Assembly: GCA_038064875.1 (NCBI GenBank)
Contig: JBBTSC010000001.1
Location: forward strand, 699,004 to 763,003
Source of the DNA: Patescibacteria group bacterium
Lineage (GTDB): Bacteria > Patescibacteriota > Saccharimonadia > Saccharimonadales > 2-12-FULL-41-12
DNA: 64,000 bases
Reading direction: 5' to 3'
Shown: positions 27,384 to 37,407 of the stretch, in pieces
Numbering within the stretch: the first letter of the stretch is position 1
How the letters are laid out: each line of letters begins with the position of its first letter
Program-made: the position numbers and the translations under genes
Notes under the pieces: model-generated
What the model saw: only the letters and a program-made list of their open reading frames with translations
What the model was told of the DNA's origin: nothing
The model's database searches: none

Positions 27384-27613
27384 AGCAAAAAGACATACCA
27401 ATAATCTTAGCTATTGTTATACTCTCTTCAGTTATATCGTTGCTTATAACCAAGACAATCTTTGTTTCTACAAACGATAAGTCTCTGACTGCGGAAAAAG
27501 TAGATATTATAAAATCCGATTTTCAAAAACCTGATACATTTATCTTCAATAAAGATGCAGTTAACCCAACACAGTTGATCAAAATTGGTGATAGTAATAA
27601 TAGTTCACAGTAA
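27380..27613 (+). CDS. Small single-TM protein in the pilP position
   Basis: 77 aa with an N-terminal TM. ATGA overlap with the pilO-like gene. Confidence 0.45.
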   Translation: MKQKDIPIILAIVILSSVISLLITKTIFVSTNDKSLTAEKVDIIKSDFQKPDTFIFNKDAVNPTQLIKIGDSNNSSQ

Positions 27614-27638
27614 GCTCATAGGTGGTTAGAATAAAGCC

Positions 27639-29441
27639 ATGAGTGTATTATCAGAGGAAAACCAAAAGTTACTCGAAACCTATCTTGTAGAAGAAGGAGC
27701 TATTTCTGCGACCAAATTAGAGGAAATAAAGGAAAAGGCAAAGAAAGATTCTTCTCCTATCTTGGCCAAACTTGTTACAGAAGCTGAAGTACCGAATGAG
27801 GTATTAACAAAACTAATCGCAAAAATTAACCACGTGCCTTACGTCAACCTTATGGATGCAAGAATCGACAAGGAAGTACTGAGGTTATTGTCAAAAGAAG
27901 TCGCTCAGAGATATATGGCAGTGCCACTTGGACAGATTCAAAATAGACTGGTTGTAGCAATGCTCGATGCTGATAATGTCCAAGCAGTAGACTTCCTGTC
28001 CAGTCGCATAGGCCGCCCACTCAAGGTCTACACCGCGTCCGAAGAAGGTCTCAAAAAAGTCCTAAAACAGTATGACGAAGATATCGAAGCCGATGTTACT
28101 AAGGCAGTTGGCAGTATTTCTTCGGCTGCCACAGACGAGGCAAACCAAGCAGAAGCAGCCAAGCTAGATCAGTCTGGCAATATTAAGACAATTGTTCAAG
28201 ATTCTCCTATATCAAAAGCACTTTCTGCTATTTTAGAGTATGCGGCCCGCAACCGTGCCAGTGATATCCATATTGAGCCACTAGAGCACGAGCTTAAGAT
28301 TCGTTGTCGAGTTGATGGAGTTCTTCGAGAGATTATGAAATTACCTAAAAGCACTGAGCCTCCTCTTATATCAAGGATAAAAATCCTGAGTAATCTTAAA
28401 ATAGATGAGCATCGTATTCCTCAGGACGGACAATTTACTGTGAGTGTAGAGGGTAATGCTATTGACCTACGTATTGCCATATCTCCAGTAGTTTGGGGAG
28501 AGCAAGTTGTGATTCGTCTCCTAGATAAATCCGGTACTAGTTTGAGACTAGAAGATATGGGCTACACTGGGCGAGCTCTGAGGACTATTAAAAGAGGTAT
28601 TAAAAACCCCAACGGAATGATATTAACCTCCGGACCAACTGGTTCTGGTAAATCAACCTCACTGTATGCCTTAATCCAGGAAATCAAGAACGATACTATC
28701 AATATTGTTACCCTGGAAGACCCAGTTGAGTACAAAATGGATGGGATTAACCAAATTCAAGTTAATGCAGAAGTCGGCCTAACTTTTGCATCTGGTCTTC
28801 GGTCTATATTGCGTCAGGATCCAGATGTAGTGATGGTAGGAGAAATTCGTGATAAGGAAACAGCAAGCTTGGCGGTGCAGGCTGCTTTGACGGGTCACTT
28901 AGTCCTCAGTACTCTTCACACCAACTCTGCAGCCGGAATTTTGCCGAGGCTTCTCGACATGGGAATAGAGCCATTCTTAATTGCTAGCACCGTCAGAACA
29001 GTTATTGGACAACGTTTGGTCAGGCGTATCTCTGACAAAACGAAAGAAACATATAAATCTACTGATCCGGAAAAACAGGCGATACTCCAAAATATCGGAG
29101 GGCTTCTACCTCCTGACGAAAAGAACAAACAGGCTTTCTGCAAGGACTTAGGATACGAGGATTTGCCTTTACGCACCCAAAACGCTTATACTTTATACAA
29201 GGGCAAGGATAGCCCAGAAACCCCGGGTGGCTACAAGGGCAGGATGGGTCTTTACGAGGTTTTTGAAGTGAGTGAAACAATTCAAAAACTGATCATTGAT
29301 CATTCGACCAGTGGAGTGATCCAAAATCAAGCGATAAAAGAGGGGATGATAACTATGAGACAAGATGGTTATCTTAAAGCTTTAGCAGGACAAACATCGA
29401 TTAGCGAAGTTAATCGAGTTGCAGCAGAGGATAGTGCGTAA
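27639..29441 (+). CDS. pilB: Type IV pilus extension ATPase PilB (GspE family)
   Basis: N-terminal T2SSE_N-like domain, Walker A SGPTGSGKST, His box LVLSTLHTNSAA. Confidence 0.9.
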   Translation: MSVLSEENQKLLETYLVEEGAISATKLEEIKEKAKKDSSPILAKLVTEAEVPNEVLTKLIAKINHVPYVNLMDARIDKEVLRLLSKEVAQRYMAVPLGQIQNRLVVAMLDADNVQAVDFLSSRIGRPLKVYTASEEGLKKVLKQYDEDIEADVTKAVGSISSAATDEANQAEAAKLDQSGNIKTIVQDSPISKALSAILEYAARNRASDIHIEPLEHELKIRCRVDGVLREIMKLPKSTEPPLISRIKILSNLKIDEHRIPQDGQFTVSVEGNAIDLRIAISPVVWGEQVVIRLLDKSGTSLRLEDMGYTGRALRTIKRGIKNPNGMILTSGPTGSGKSTSLYALIQEIKNDTINIVTLEDPVEYKMDGINQIQVNAEVGLTFASGLRSILRQDPDVVMVGEIRDKETASLAVQAALTGHLVLSTLHTNSAAGILPRLLDMGIEPFLIASTVRTVIGQRLVRRISDKTKETYKSTDPEKQAILQNIGGLLPPDEKNKQAFCKDLGYEDLPLRTQNAYTLYKGKDSPETPGGYKGRMGLYEVFEVSETIQKLIIDHSTSGVIQNQAIKEGMITMRQDGYLKALAGQTSISEVNRVAAEDSA

Positions 29442-29447
29442 GAAAGG

Positions 29448-30521
29448 GTGGCAAAAATGAGTGAACTCAGAATAGAATTATTACTTGAAGAGGTAGTCAA
29501 AAACAAGGCCTCTGATCTTCACCTGCAGGTTGGTCTGCCACCGATGATTCGTACCGACGGAGCGCTCAAGCCATCCGCGAGTGGTTCTGTATTGAAAGAA
29601 GAGCAAGTTGAGTCTTTAGTATTCTCTATTTTAGACGATGAGCAGAAACAAATTCTACTAAAAGACAAAGAATTTGACTTTAGTTTTAGTTTTGGAGATC
29701 TTGGTCGTTTTCGTGTAAATGCCTTCCACGAAAGAGGCAATTTAGCAGCAGCCCTTAGGCTGATTCCAAACGAAATGCTCAGCATTGAACAGCTGGGATT
29801 GCCAAAAATAATTAATAAGTTTGCTGACTATCCCCGAGGCTTGGTATTAGTAACAGGACCAACTGGTTCTGGTAAATCAACAACTCTTGCTGGGCTTGTA
29901 CATAAGATAAATACAGAGCGTGCAGCTCACATTATTACCATTGAGGATCCGATAGAATTTACTCACAAAAGTGCAAAATCAGTTATTGTCCAACGTGAAG
30001 TTCACTATGACACATACTCTTTCTCTGCCGCTCTTCGAAGTAGCTTACGACAAGACCCAGACGTAGTACTTATCGGTGAAATGCGTGATCTTGAGACGAT
30101 AGCGGCTGCTATAACCATTGCAGAAACTGGTCACCTGGTTTTTGCCACACTTCACACTAACTCGGCAGCCCAGAGCTTGGACCGTATGATAGACGTTTTC
30201 CCGCCACACCAACAGCCACAGATTAGAGCTCAGCTCAGCAATATTTTGATGGCTATTTGTTGTCAGCGACTAGTTCCTTCTATAGGAGGCGGACGTGTGG
30301 CTGCTGCTGAAATTTTGATAGCAAATCCAGCGGTTAGGAATATTATTCGTGAAGGAAAAAGCCATCAGCTTGATGCTGTAATACAGACCGGGGCTGAATT
30401 TGGTATGCAATCTATGGATAAAACACTAGTTAATCTGATACATGCGGGTACTATCACCTACGATGAAGCACGAAATTATGCAGTTGATCTTGAGGAACTT
30501 GATAGGTTAATGAGAGGTTAA
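29448..30521 (+). CDS. pilT: Twitching-motility retraction ATPase PilT
   Basis: ~355 aa with no N-terminal extension. ASDLHL, GPTGSGKSTT, ATLHTNSAAQS. Confidence 0.9.
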   Translation: MAKMSELRIELLLEEVVKNKASDLHLQVGLPPMIRTDGALKPSASGSVLKEEQVESLVFSILDDEQKQILLKDKEFDFSFSFGDLGRFRVNAFHERGNLAAALRLIPNEMLSIEQLGLPKIINKFADYPRGLVLVTGPTGSGKSTTLAGLVHKINTERAAHIITIEDPIEFTHKSAKSVIVQREVHYDTYSFSAALRSSLRQDPDVVLIGEMRDLETIAAAITIAETGHLVFATLHTNSAAQSLDRMIDVFPPHQQPQIRAQLSNILMAICCQRLVPSIGGGRVAAAEILIANPAVRNIIREGKSHQLDAVIQTGAEFGMQSMDKTLVNLIHAGTITYDEARNYAVDLEELDRLMRG

Positions 30522-30535
30522 TTCAAGGATATCCT

Positions 30536-31756
30536 ATGTTGACTTTCGAATACGAGGCAAAAAACCCTACAACTGGCGAAAAAGTAAAAGCTACTATTCA
30601 GGCAGAATCTGAAGCGGCGGCGGCCAAACTTATAAAGGAGCAATCCCTAACCCCACTTGACATACATGTAGTTGGTGTCGGAGGGTTTAAGCCATTGGCC
30701 AAGCTTAAGAACAGAATAACTGCAAAAGATAAGATTTTGTTCTCACGTCAGATGTCAACGCTTATTAATGCTGGGTTGCCACTAGTTCAGAGCTTAAGAC
30801 AGGTCAATGATCAGACCCAGAACAAAGCGCTTAAAATCGTTATTAGCCAGATAATCACTGATGTCGAAGGCGGTTTGGCTTTTTCCAAAGCCCTAGCCAA
30901 ACACCCCAGAGTCTTTAATAGCATTTATGTCAATTTAGTAGAAGCAGGTGAAGTATCGGGAACGCTTGATATGGCACTATCAAGGATCGCCACTCAACAG
31001 GAAAAGGATGCAGAGATTATTAGTAAAGTTCGCGGAGCTATGGCTTACCCAGCGATAGTTATATTAGTTATGATTGGCGTCGTTGGTTTTATGATCGTAA
31101 AAGTTCTTCCTCAGGTAGAAGTTATTTACAAGGACTTACCGGGTGCGCAGTTGCCACTACTAACCAGAGTGCTTTTAAGTATTTCTCACTTTACGACTAA
31201 ATATTGGTGGTTGATGTTGATATTCTTTGGGCTCGCGGTATTTGTGACTACACGTTACGCTCGTACTGTAGGAGGCAAACAAGTTATTGATGCTTGGAAG
31301 ATGAAAGCATGGCCAGTCGGTAGTCTGTTTATGAAAGTATATATGGCCAGGTTCTCACGTACTGCGACGACACTTGTTGCCAGTGGAGTCCCGTTGATCA
31401 AAGTCCTCGAAGTTGTTGCAGGATCAATCAACAATGTTCATGTAGAAAGATCGATTAACAAAGCGATTGAGAAGGTTAAAGGCGGTAAAGCACTTAGCGA
31501 ATCTATATCAGGTGACCCAAATTTCTTGCCACTAGTGCCAAATATGCTTAAAATCGGTGAACAATCAGGAGCTTTAGAAGACATGATGGAAAAAACAGCT
31601 GATTATTATGAAAAAGAAGTTGATAACCAGATTAAGACAGTATCTACCATAATAGAACCGATGCTGATGGTAGTACTCGGTATCACAGCGTTTATTATAG
31701 TGGCAGCCGTTCTGTTGCCTATATATGGGCTAGCAGGTCAGAATATCATCAAGTAG
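30536..31756 (+). CDS. pilC: Type IV pilus platform protein PilC (T2SS F family)
   Basis: Two T2SF repeats with polytopic TM layout, 406 aa. Confidence 0.9.
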   Translation: MLTFEYEAKNPTTGEKVKATIQAESEAAAAKLIKEQSLTPLDIHVVGVGGFKPLAKLKNRITAKDKILFSRQMSTLINAGLPLVQSLRQVNDQTQNKALKIVISQIITDVEGGLAFSKALAKHPRVFNSIYVNLVEAGEVSGTLDMALSRIATQQEKDAEIISKVRGAMAYPAIVILVMIGVVGFMIVKVLPQVEVIYKDLPGAQLPLLTRVLLSISHFTTKYWWLMLIFFGLAVFVTTRYARTVGGKQVIDAWKMKAWPVGSLFMKVYMARFSRTATTLVASGVPLIKVLEVVAGSINNVHVERSINKAIEKVKGGKALSESISGDPNFLPLVPNMLKIGEQSGALEDMMEKTADYYEKEVDNQIKTVSTIIEPMLMVVLGITAFIIVAAVLLPIYGLAGQNIIK

Positions 31757-31848
31757 ATTGGGGAAAAGTCTTGCATTGTTGTTATTGGTAAGGTATTTTG
31801 ATATTGTATAAGCATTAACATAATAAAATGTATAAAGGGATGGGAAAT

Positions 31849-32316
31849 ATGAAAGATCTAATAAAAAAACAAAAGGGATTCACTATCATCGAGGTATTGA
31901 TAGTCTTGGCGATTGCTGGGCTTATCATTTTGATAGTTTTCTTGGCTGTACCTGCGTTGCAGAGAAACAGTCGTAATACGCAAAGAAGCAATGATGCTTC
32001 ACAGGTAGGTGGTGCACTAAATGAATGTTTGGCTAACAGAAACGGTCAAATGGCATCTTGTGACACAACTGGCGAGCTACAAGCTCTGGGTCTAGATACA
32101 GCTAAGCTAGGTCAGTTAACAGTTGTTAACGTAACTGCTGGTGCTCCGACAGATCCTGGTGCAACTGTGACAAACACCATTAACGTAGGTTTTGGGTCAC
32201 GCTGTAACGCCGATGGAGCTGGTGTTGGTGGTGGATCACCAAGACAAGCAGCTGGATTGTATCGTGTTGAGATCCAAGGTAGCAACAACGGTGCTGTGCG
32301 TTGTATAGAGTTCTAG
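31849..32316 (+). CDS. pilA: Major type IV pilin
   Basis: Short leader MKDLIKKQKG|FTIIEVLIVLAIAGL (Gly-1, Phe+1, Glu+5). Two Cys pairs including a C-terminal disulfide loop. A strong terminator follows. Confidence 0.85.
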   Translation: MKDLIKKQKGFTIIEVLIVLAIAGLIILIVFLAVPALQRNSRNTQRSNDASQVGGALNECLANRNGQMASCDTTGELQALGLDTAKLGQLTVVNVTAGAPTDPGATVTNTINVGFGSRCNADGAGVGGGSPRQAAGLYRVEIQGSNNGAVRCIEF

Positions 32317-32344
32317 ATAGCTAAGAAAAAAATACATAATATCA

Positions 32345-32372
32345 AAAAGGCTCGTTTGTCGGAGCCTTTTTT
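32345..32372 (+). terminator. Intrinsic terminator after the major pilin gene
   Basis: AAAAAGGCTCG-tttgt-CGGAGCCTTTTTT. Confidence 0.65.
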
Positions 32373-32381
32373 GATATCATA

Positions 32382-33221
32382 GTGCTAATGATTATTGGGA
32401 TATTAATAGTTCTGGGGCTGTGTTTCGGTAGTTTTGTAAATGCTCTCGTCTGGCGGGTGCATAAGCAGAGTCTGCCAAAATCAAAGAGGCCAAAGAATAC
32501 CAATCTCTCAATAGTTAGAGGTAGATCGGTCTGCGTAAATTGTCAGCACAGTTTGAGCCATATTGATCTTATACCCGTAGTTGGCTGGGTGCTACTTAGA
32601 GGAAAATGCAGATACTGTAAAAAATCCATATCATGGCAGTATCCATTTATAGAAGTTCTGACGGCTACTGTCTTCGTAGCTTCTTACCTGTTGTGGGAAT
32701 TCGAAGTCAAAGGCTCAGAGATTGTAATCTATGGCTTATGGCTTGCCGTGCTAACAAGTTTAGTTGCTCTAGCTCTATATGACACAAAATGGATGATATT
32801 GCCGAACAGAATCATGAAATACTCTTTTGGTTTAGCGTTTGTTTTAGCTCTAGCCACTATTGCGATTAGAAATGATGGGTACTCTACCTCTATAATCAAT
32901 CTCGTTTTATCGGTAGTTATCAGTGGAGGGCTTTTTGCTCTACTATTTTATATATCAAAAGGTAAGTGGATCGGTGGCGGTGACGTAAAGCTCGGCTTTG
33001 TTCTCGGTTTTGTAGTCGCCACCCCGGTGTATGCTTGCCTAATGCTATTCATAGGGTCACTGTTGGGCTGTCTAGTGGCAGTGCCAGCTATACTATTTGG
33101 TTCCAGAACCATGCAGACGAAGATTCCTTTTGGTCCTTTTCTGATAGTCGCAACAGTGATTGTCTACCTTTTTGGAAGAGAAATATCAGAAGCTTATTTG
33201 CGTCTCCTTGGAATCTCATAG
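32382..33221 (+). CDS. pilD: Prepilin peptidase (A24 family)
   Basis: Paired CxxC motifs (CVNCQH...CRYCKK). Catalytic Asp contexts LALYDTKWMILP and GGGDVKLG. Polytopic membrane protein. The start may be ATG 32388. Confidence 0.9.
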   Translation: MLMIIGILIVLGLCFGSFVNALVWRVHKQSLPKSKRPKNTNLSIVRGRSVCVNCQHSLSHIDLIPVVGWVLLRGKCRYCKKSISWQYPFIEVLTATVFVASYLLWEFEVKGSEIVIYGLWLAVLTSLVALALYDTKWMILPNRIMKYSFGLAFVLALATIAIRNDGYSTSIINLVLSVVISGGLFALLFYISKGKWIGGGDVKLGFVLGFVVATPVYACLMLFIGSLLGCLVAVPAILFGSRTMQTKIPFGPFLIVATVIVYLFGREISEAYLRLLGIS

Positions 33222-33271
33222 AATTGCTATGAAAACATCTTAGAATCAGTTGTATCTAAGCATACCGCTTG

Positions 33272-33280
33272 TGCTATAAT
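33272..33280 (+). promoter_or_regulatory. Extended -10 (TGCTATAAT) 7 nt upstream of ATG 33288
   Basis: TGnTATAAT with no SD. Confidence 0.4.
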
Positions 33281-33287
33281 TTAAGGT

Positions 33288-34097
33288 ATGAAACTCTTTG
33301 GGAGAACAAGAGTCTTGGGGGGCGTTAAGAGTGTAGACGGCTACACCATAATTGAAGTTATGATATTTCTGGTTGTCTCAGCTGGACTTCTCATCGCAGT
33401 TTTGGGTCTAATCAGTGGACAACAACAAAGAACACGTTTTATAACAGGGGTCAACGATTTTGATTCTCAAATTCAGGATATGATCAACGATGTAGAAGTC
33501 GGCTATTATCCTGCTGAAACAATAGAAAGTGCCGGGACAAATAGCGGAAGGATATTTTTAGGTAAAGCGATCCAGTTCCACAGAAATACTGCTACAAATG
33601 AAGTCAGTGTATACCGCGAAATGACAATAGAAGGTGATGCAACTATAGGCACGCCACCAAGAGATGTAAGTAGCCTAAGTGAGGCTAACCCAAGAGCTCT
33701 TGCTGGGGTTGAATCAGAGCACCAGCTTGTCAATGGAGTAGAGCTGACAAGCATTCGCTACGGAGAAAGTGGAGATATCAGCCATGGTTTTGCGATTGTC
33801 TCTGGAATATCTAGTGACGGCAAGAAATCTTCTGGATCTAGAGGATTGCTCGCAAGGATAGATATTAACACGGAGGGATCATTACCTGCCGTTATAGGTA
33901 GTTTAGGTACAGGAGATCCGGTTGGTGATGCGAGCGGTGGCATGATTTTTTGCTTGCGAGAAGGTGGCGGTGGTAGAGTGGCAGCAGTTGCTCTAGGGAT
34001 GGCTTTAGAGAGTGGATCAGCTGTGAGTACAGGCCAAAGAAATACCACCAACATATATTATGCAGATGAAGCCGAGCAGTTGGGATGTACAGGATGA
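33288..34097 (+). CDS. Minor pilin-like protein (prepilin-type N-terminus)
   Basis: VDG|YTIIEVMIFLVVSAGLL class III signal with Glu+5. Confidence 0.65.
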   Translation: MKLFGRTRVLGGVKSVDGYTIIEVMIFLVVSAGLLIAVLGLISGQQQRTRFITGVNDFDSQIQDMINDVEVGYYPAETIESAGTNSGRIFLGKAIQFHRNTATNEVSVYREMTIEGDATIGTPPRDVSSLSEANPRALAGVESEHQLVNGVELTSIRYGESGDISHGFAIVSGISSDGKKSSGSRGLLARIDINTEGSLPAVIGSLGTGDPVGDASGGMIFCLREGGGGRVAAVALGMALESGSAVSTGQRNTTNIYYADEAEQLGCTG

Positions 34098-35713
34098 TAG
34101 CTTTATTCAAAAGAAATCAGCAAGGTGACACTATTATGGAAGTGTTGATCTGTATGGCAATGCTTGGATTTATGCTAGGCACCGCTTTCACTCTAACGAA
34201 TCGTAATCAGCTCAGTGCTAGAAGCTCTCAAGAGCGTGCAGAGGCTACTCGCATAGCAGAGAAACAACTAGAATACCTAAGGACTTACTACGCAAAGAAC
34301 TCCATTGGTAACCCAATAACAATAGATGAAAATTTCTGTTTCAAGAGTGATGGTGGTGGTGATGACGGCCAATATGTCATGAACGATAGAGATCCCAAAT
34401 CTACTGGCGAAGACCCAGAGTCAGAATATATTGATGATTGTAGGGCAAGTACTAACGGGTACAGCTATAGGATTAATATCTGGAAGGCTGGTACCGCTGA
34501 TGCAGGAAGCCTCGGAGCAAGACCATCAGCAAGCGTCATAACTGTTCGCTGGGACAGTTTGACCAAAACAGAGCCAGAAGAAGTAAAAGTGTATTACACG
34601 ATAGATCAGCTGTCTGCTGGTTATTACGGCAGTGAGCTTGGCTCTGGTGGCGGGCTTGGTCTGACTCCGGCTTGTGGAGATGGTATTGAAAACGATGGTG
34701 ATGGCTTCATTGATATGCTTGATGTGGGTTGTACAAGCCTAACAGATAGTTCAGAAGTAGATCCGACTCCATCCTTAGCTAGTTTTCCTGTCAACTTAGC
34801 TCTATGGGCCAATTCATATCCGACACCACATGAGTATCCTGACGGTGCAAACCCTGACAACAGTCAGATAGGAGTGAGCCCTCATCCCCTCGGAGGAGTC
34901 ATCGACGTAAACTTAAGTGGTCAAAGTGGCGCAAGGAATCTAGTCATCAGCTATCAAAATGAAGCAGGATGGGGAGGTCCACCGAATAGCTCCGCGTCTT
35001 CATTTATACCAGACTATAAGAGTTATGAGATCAAATATTGCGTAGCACCAAGTCGTGGCGCATGTAGTACGTGGACCAGGGCTTATTTGCCTGTCAACAT
35101 GAACAACCCTAATTCAGCATTAGCATCTAGCCCGTTGGGCGTCAATATCAGCCCAGGTGATCATCTGTATATTGCTTGGATCAACAACCACTGGACGAGC
35201 ATAAATGGCATTGGACTTGACCCTAATTTACGCATAAATTCAGTTTCTTCTTACACAGTTGTACCTACTGCGACCTATAACAATAGTAGAAATGGTAGTG
35301 ACTATGTTGCTTGTAGTCCGGCAACTAGTTTTGGCGATGGTCTAGATGGGTGTATCAGGTCTGCACCTTCTGTATATGCGTACAGAATGTTCAATAGCCT
35401 GAACTATACTTTGCCGAGCATATCTTCTGGCCCTATTAATGTTGAGATAAGGTATCGCAACAGAGCAAACGCGACACTTACTAATGTGCTACCTAACGGG
35501 GTATATTCTCTAAGGCTGGGCGGGGGGTCATATCAAACAGGCCTACTTCTACCTACAATAGGCGCCAATACAGGGCAGAGGACTTATGTAGGACAAATCT
35601 ACGTTCCTTCATCTATAGAAAACTTGTATTTTGCTTGGGATAACGATTATTACAATGTGGGTGCGTCTATTGACCATAACGTACAGATAGATTCAGTGAG
35701 GATTTACCGATGA
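34085..35713 (+). CDS. Large pilin-like protein (542 aa), candidate pilus-associated adhesin
   Basis: QG|DTIMEVLICMAMLGF prepilin-like N-terminus. CGDGIENDGDGFIDMLDVGC metal-binding-like motif. Large beta-rich C-terminal region. Confidence 0.6.
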   Translation: MYRMIALFKRNQQGDTIMEVLICMAMLGFMLGTAFTLTNRNQLSARSSQERAEATRIAEKQLEYLRTYYAKNSIGNPITIDENFCFKSDGGGDDGQYVMNDRDPKSTGEDPESEYIDDCRASTNGYSYRINIWKAGTADAGSLGARPSASVITVRWDSLTKTEPEEVKVYYTIDQLSAGYYGSELGSGGGLGLTPACGDGIENDGDGFIDMLDVGCTSLTDSSEVDPTPSLASFPVNLALWANSYPTPHEYPDGANPDNSQIGVSPHPLGGVIDVNLSGQSGARNLVISYQNEAGWGGPPNSSASSFIPDYKSYEIKYCVAPSRGACSTWTRAYLPVNMNNPNSALASSPLGVNISPGDHLYIAWINNHWTSINGIGLDPNLRINSVSSYTVVPTATYNNSRNGSDYVACSPATSFGDGLDGCIRSAPSVYAYRMFNSLNYTLPSISSGPINVEIRYRNRANATLTNVLPNGVYSLRLGGGSYQTGLLLPTIGANTGQRTYVGQIYVPSSIENLYFAWDNDYYNVGASIDHNVQIDSVRIYR

Positions 35714-36378
35714 GAAAACATGTACTAACCAATCAGAGAGGTTTCACAATACTTGAGCTGATCATTGCTTCAACGGTATTTAGCACCATAATGTTGCTCG
35801 CCACCACCGGACTTATTCAGATAGGTAGAACCTACCACAAAGGCCAGATAACAGCTAAAACCCAGGAAGCAACAAGGGGAGTTATAGAAGAGATTTCAAG
35901 AGAAGTGCAGTTTTCAAATAACGCTGTCCAACAATCTGTTGAGGCTGACTATAGTGCATCGCTTAATGTTGTTAAGGTTAGAGCGGTCTGTGTCGGCAAT
36001 ACTCGCTACACTTTTGTTACAAATCAACCCAGGGCGAAGCTGGCTCAAGCAGACGATATATCAGCAACTTCTCCGACCCTAAGACACTTACTTTGGGCGG
36101 ATAGGAAGTTAGATAGCGATCCTTGTGTTGCATCAAACCTCAATCTAGCAAATCCAAGCAATGGGAGGGAGCTATTGGCTCAAGGTATGCGACTTACTAA
36201 CTTTAGAGTTCAGCAAGCAGGCGAGAACGTAAATATTGATATAAAGATATACTATGGTGACTATGATCTTGCCGGAGGACTCGCGAGCCAAGGTACTGAT
36301 TTTTGCGAATCAAGCAAAACTGGCGGTCAATTTTGTTCCTCTAGTGAGCTAAGTACAGTTGTGAGAAGGAGAATATAA
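35710..36378 (+). CDS. Minor pilin (PilW-like)
   Basis: QRG|FTILELIIASTVFSTIMLL. ATGA overlap with the upstream gene. Confidence 0.7.
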   Translation: MRKHVLTNQRGFTILELIIASTVFSTIMLLATTGLIQIGRTYHKGQITAKTQEATRGVIEEISREVQFSNNAVQQSVEADYSASLNVVKVRAVCVGNTRYTFVTNQPRAKLAQADDISATSPTLRHLLWADRKLDSDPCVASNLNLANPSNGRELLAQGMRLTNFRVQQAGENVNIDIKIYYGDYDLAGGLASQGTDFCESSKTGGQFCSSSELSTVVRRRI

Positions 36379-37392
36379 GTGTACTATAAAGATGATATGA
36401 GGGCACGACGGGTGAGCTTAAAAGATGATCAGTCAGGCATGGTAGCTTTTGTAGTTACCTCTTTTATCATTATTATGATGAGTTTGCTCGTACTGGCTTT
36501 TTCACAAAATACACGTCGTGAGCAGAGACAAGCTCTTGATCGACAGCTTTCAACTCAAGCTTACTATACTGCAGAATCAGCAATAAATGAGACTATAAAA
36601 TACATAAAAGATACTCCTGCTTCAGAATCTGAGAAAGATGATTGTGCTCCTGTTGGAGGAGGTGTTTTGGAAGCACAAGATACTGCAGGAGTATTCACCT
36701 ACACTTGTGTGATGTGGGATAAAGACCCCGAGCAACTAGTATTCCAAAACCTAGATGACCAAGGTAAAATAATCTCTCTGCAAGCCAATGGAGACCTTAG
36801 AAACATCAGGATTACTTGGGAGGATGTCAGTGGTGGTACAGTATCTGCCAGTTGCAACTCACCGTCCCTACATACATTCCCTCAATCCGGTAGCTATAGT
36901 TGTGGTCTGGGTATGATAAGAGCGGCTATTCTTCCTTTTACAGGTGATAGGGCGAGCCTGGTCAATTCTACATATACTGGATTTCTTCGTCCACAAAATA
37001 ATGCCACACCAGTCACAACCACCTTTTCCAGACATGATGCTGGCAGTGGCGGACAAGGTAATGTTATAGGTGCTTCGTGCACTGGCACAACCTGTACGGT
37101 AACAATAAACAATCTGCCTCTAGGTAAAAATTTCTTGTTCATCAAAACAGCTTATAAAAAATCAAATGTGACAATTGAAGGGGTTCTGACTTCCGGTGCT
37201 GTAGCGCAGTTTACAGAAGGACAAATAGAAATAGATGCAACAGCCCGGGCCAGTGATGTCATAAAACGTATCAAAGTAGCTGTTCCTAAAATAAGCTATA
37301 ACAATCCTGGTTACTCTGCAGACGTCATGGATGGAATCTGTAAAGATCTTGAAGTCTGGCCAACAGGCTCAGGTGGCTCTTGCCACAATTAA
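36379..37392 (+). CDS. PilX-like pilus assembly protein
   Basis: GTG start abutting the previous stop. N-terminal TM SGMVAFVVTSFIIIMMSLLVLAF followed by LSTQAYYTAESAINE (PilX_N-like). Confidence 0.55.
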   Translation: MYYKDDMRARRVSLKDDQSGMVAFVVTSFIIIMMSLLVLAFSQNTRREQRQALDRQLSTQAYYTAESAINETIKYIKDTPASESEKDDCAPVGGGVLEAQDTAGVFTYTCVMWDKDPEQLVFQNLDDQGKIISLQANGDLRNIRITWEDVSGGTVSASCNSPSLHTFPQSGSYSCGLGMIRAAILPFTGDRASLVNSTYTGFLRPQNNATPVTTTFSRHDAGSGGQGNVIGASCTGTTCTVTINNLPLGKNFLFIKTAYKKSNVTIEGVLTSGAVAQFTEGQIEIDATARASDVIKRIKVAVPKISYNNPGYSADVMDGICKDLEVWPTGSGGSCHN

Positions 37393-37407
37393 AGCTATAC
37401 AACAAGA

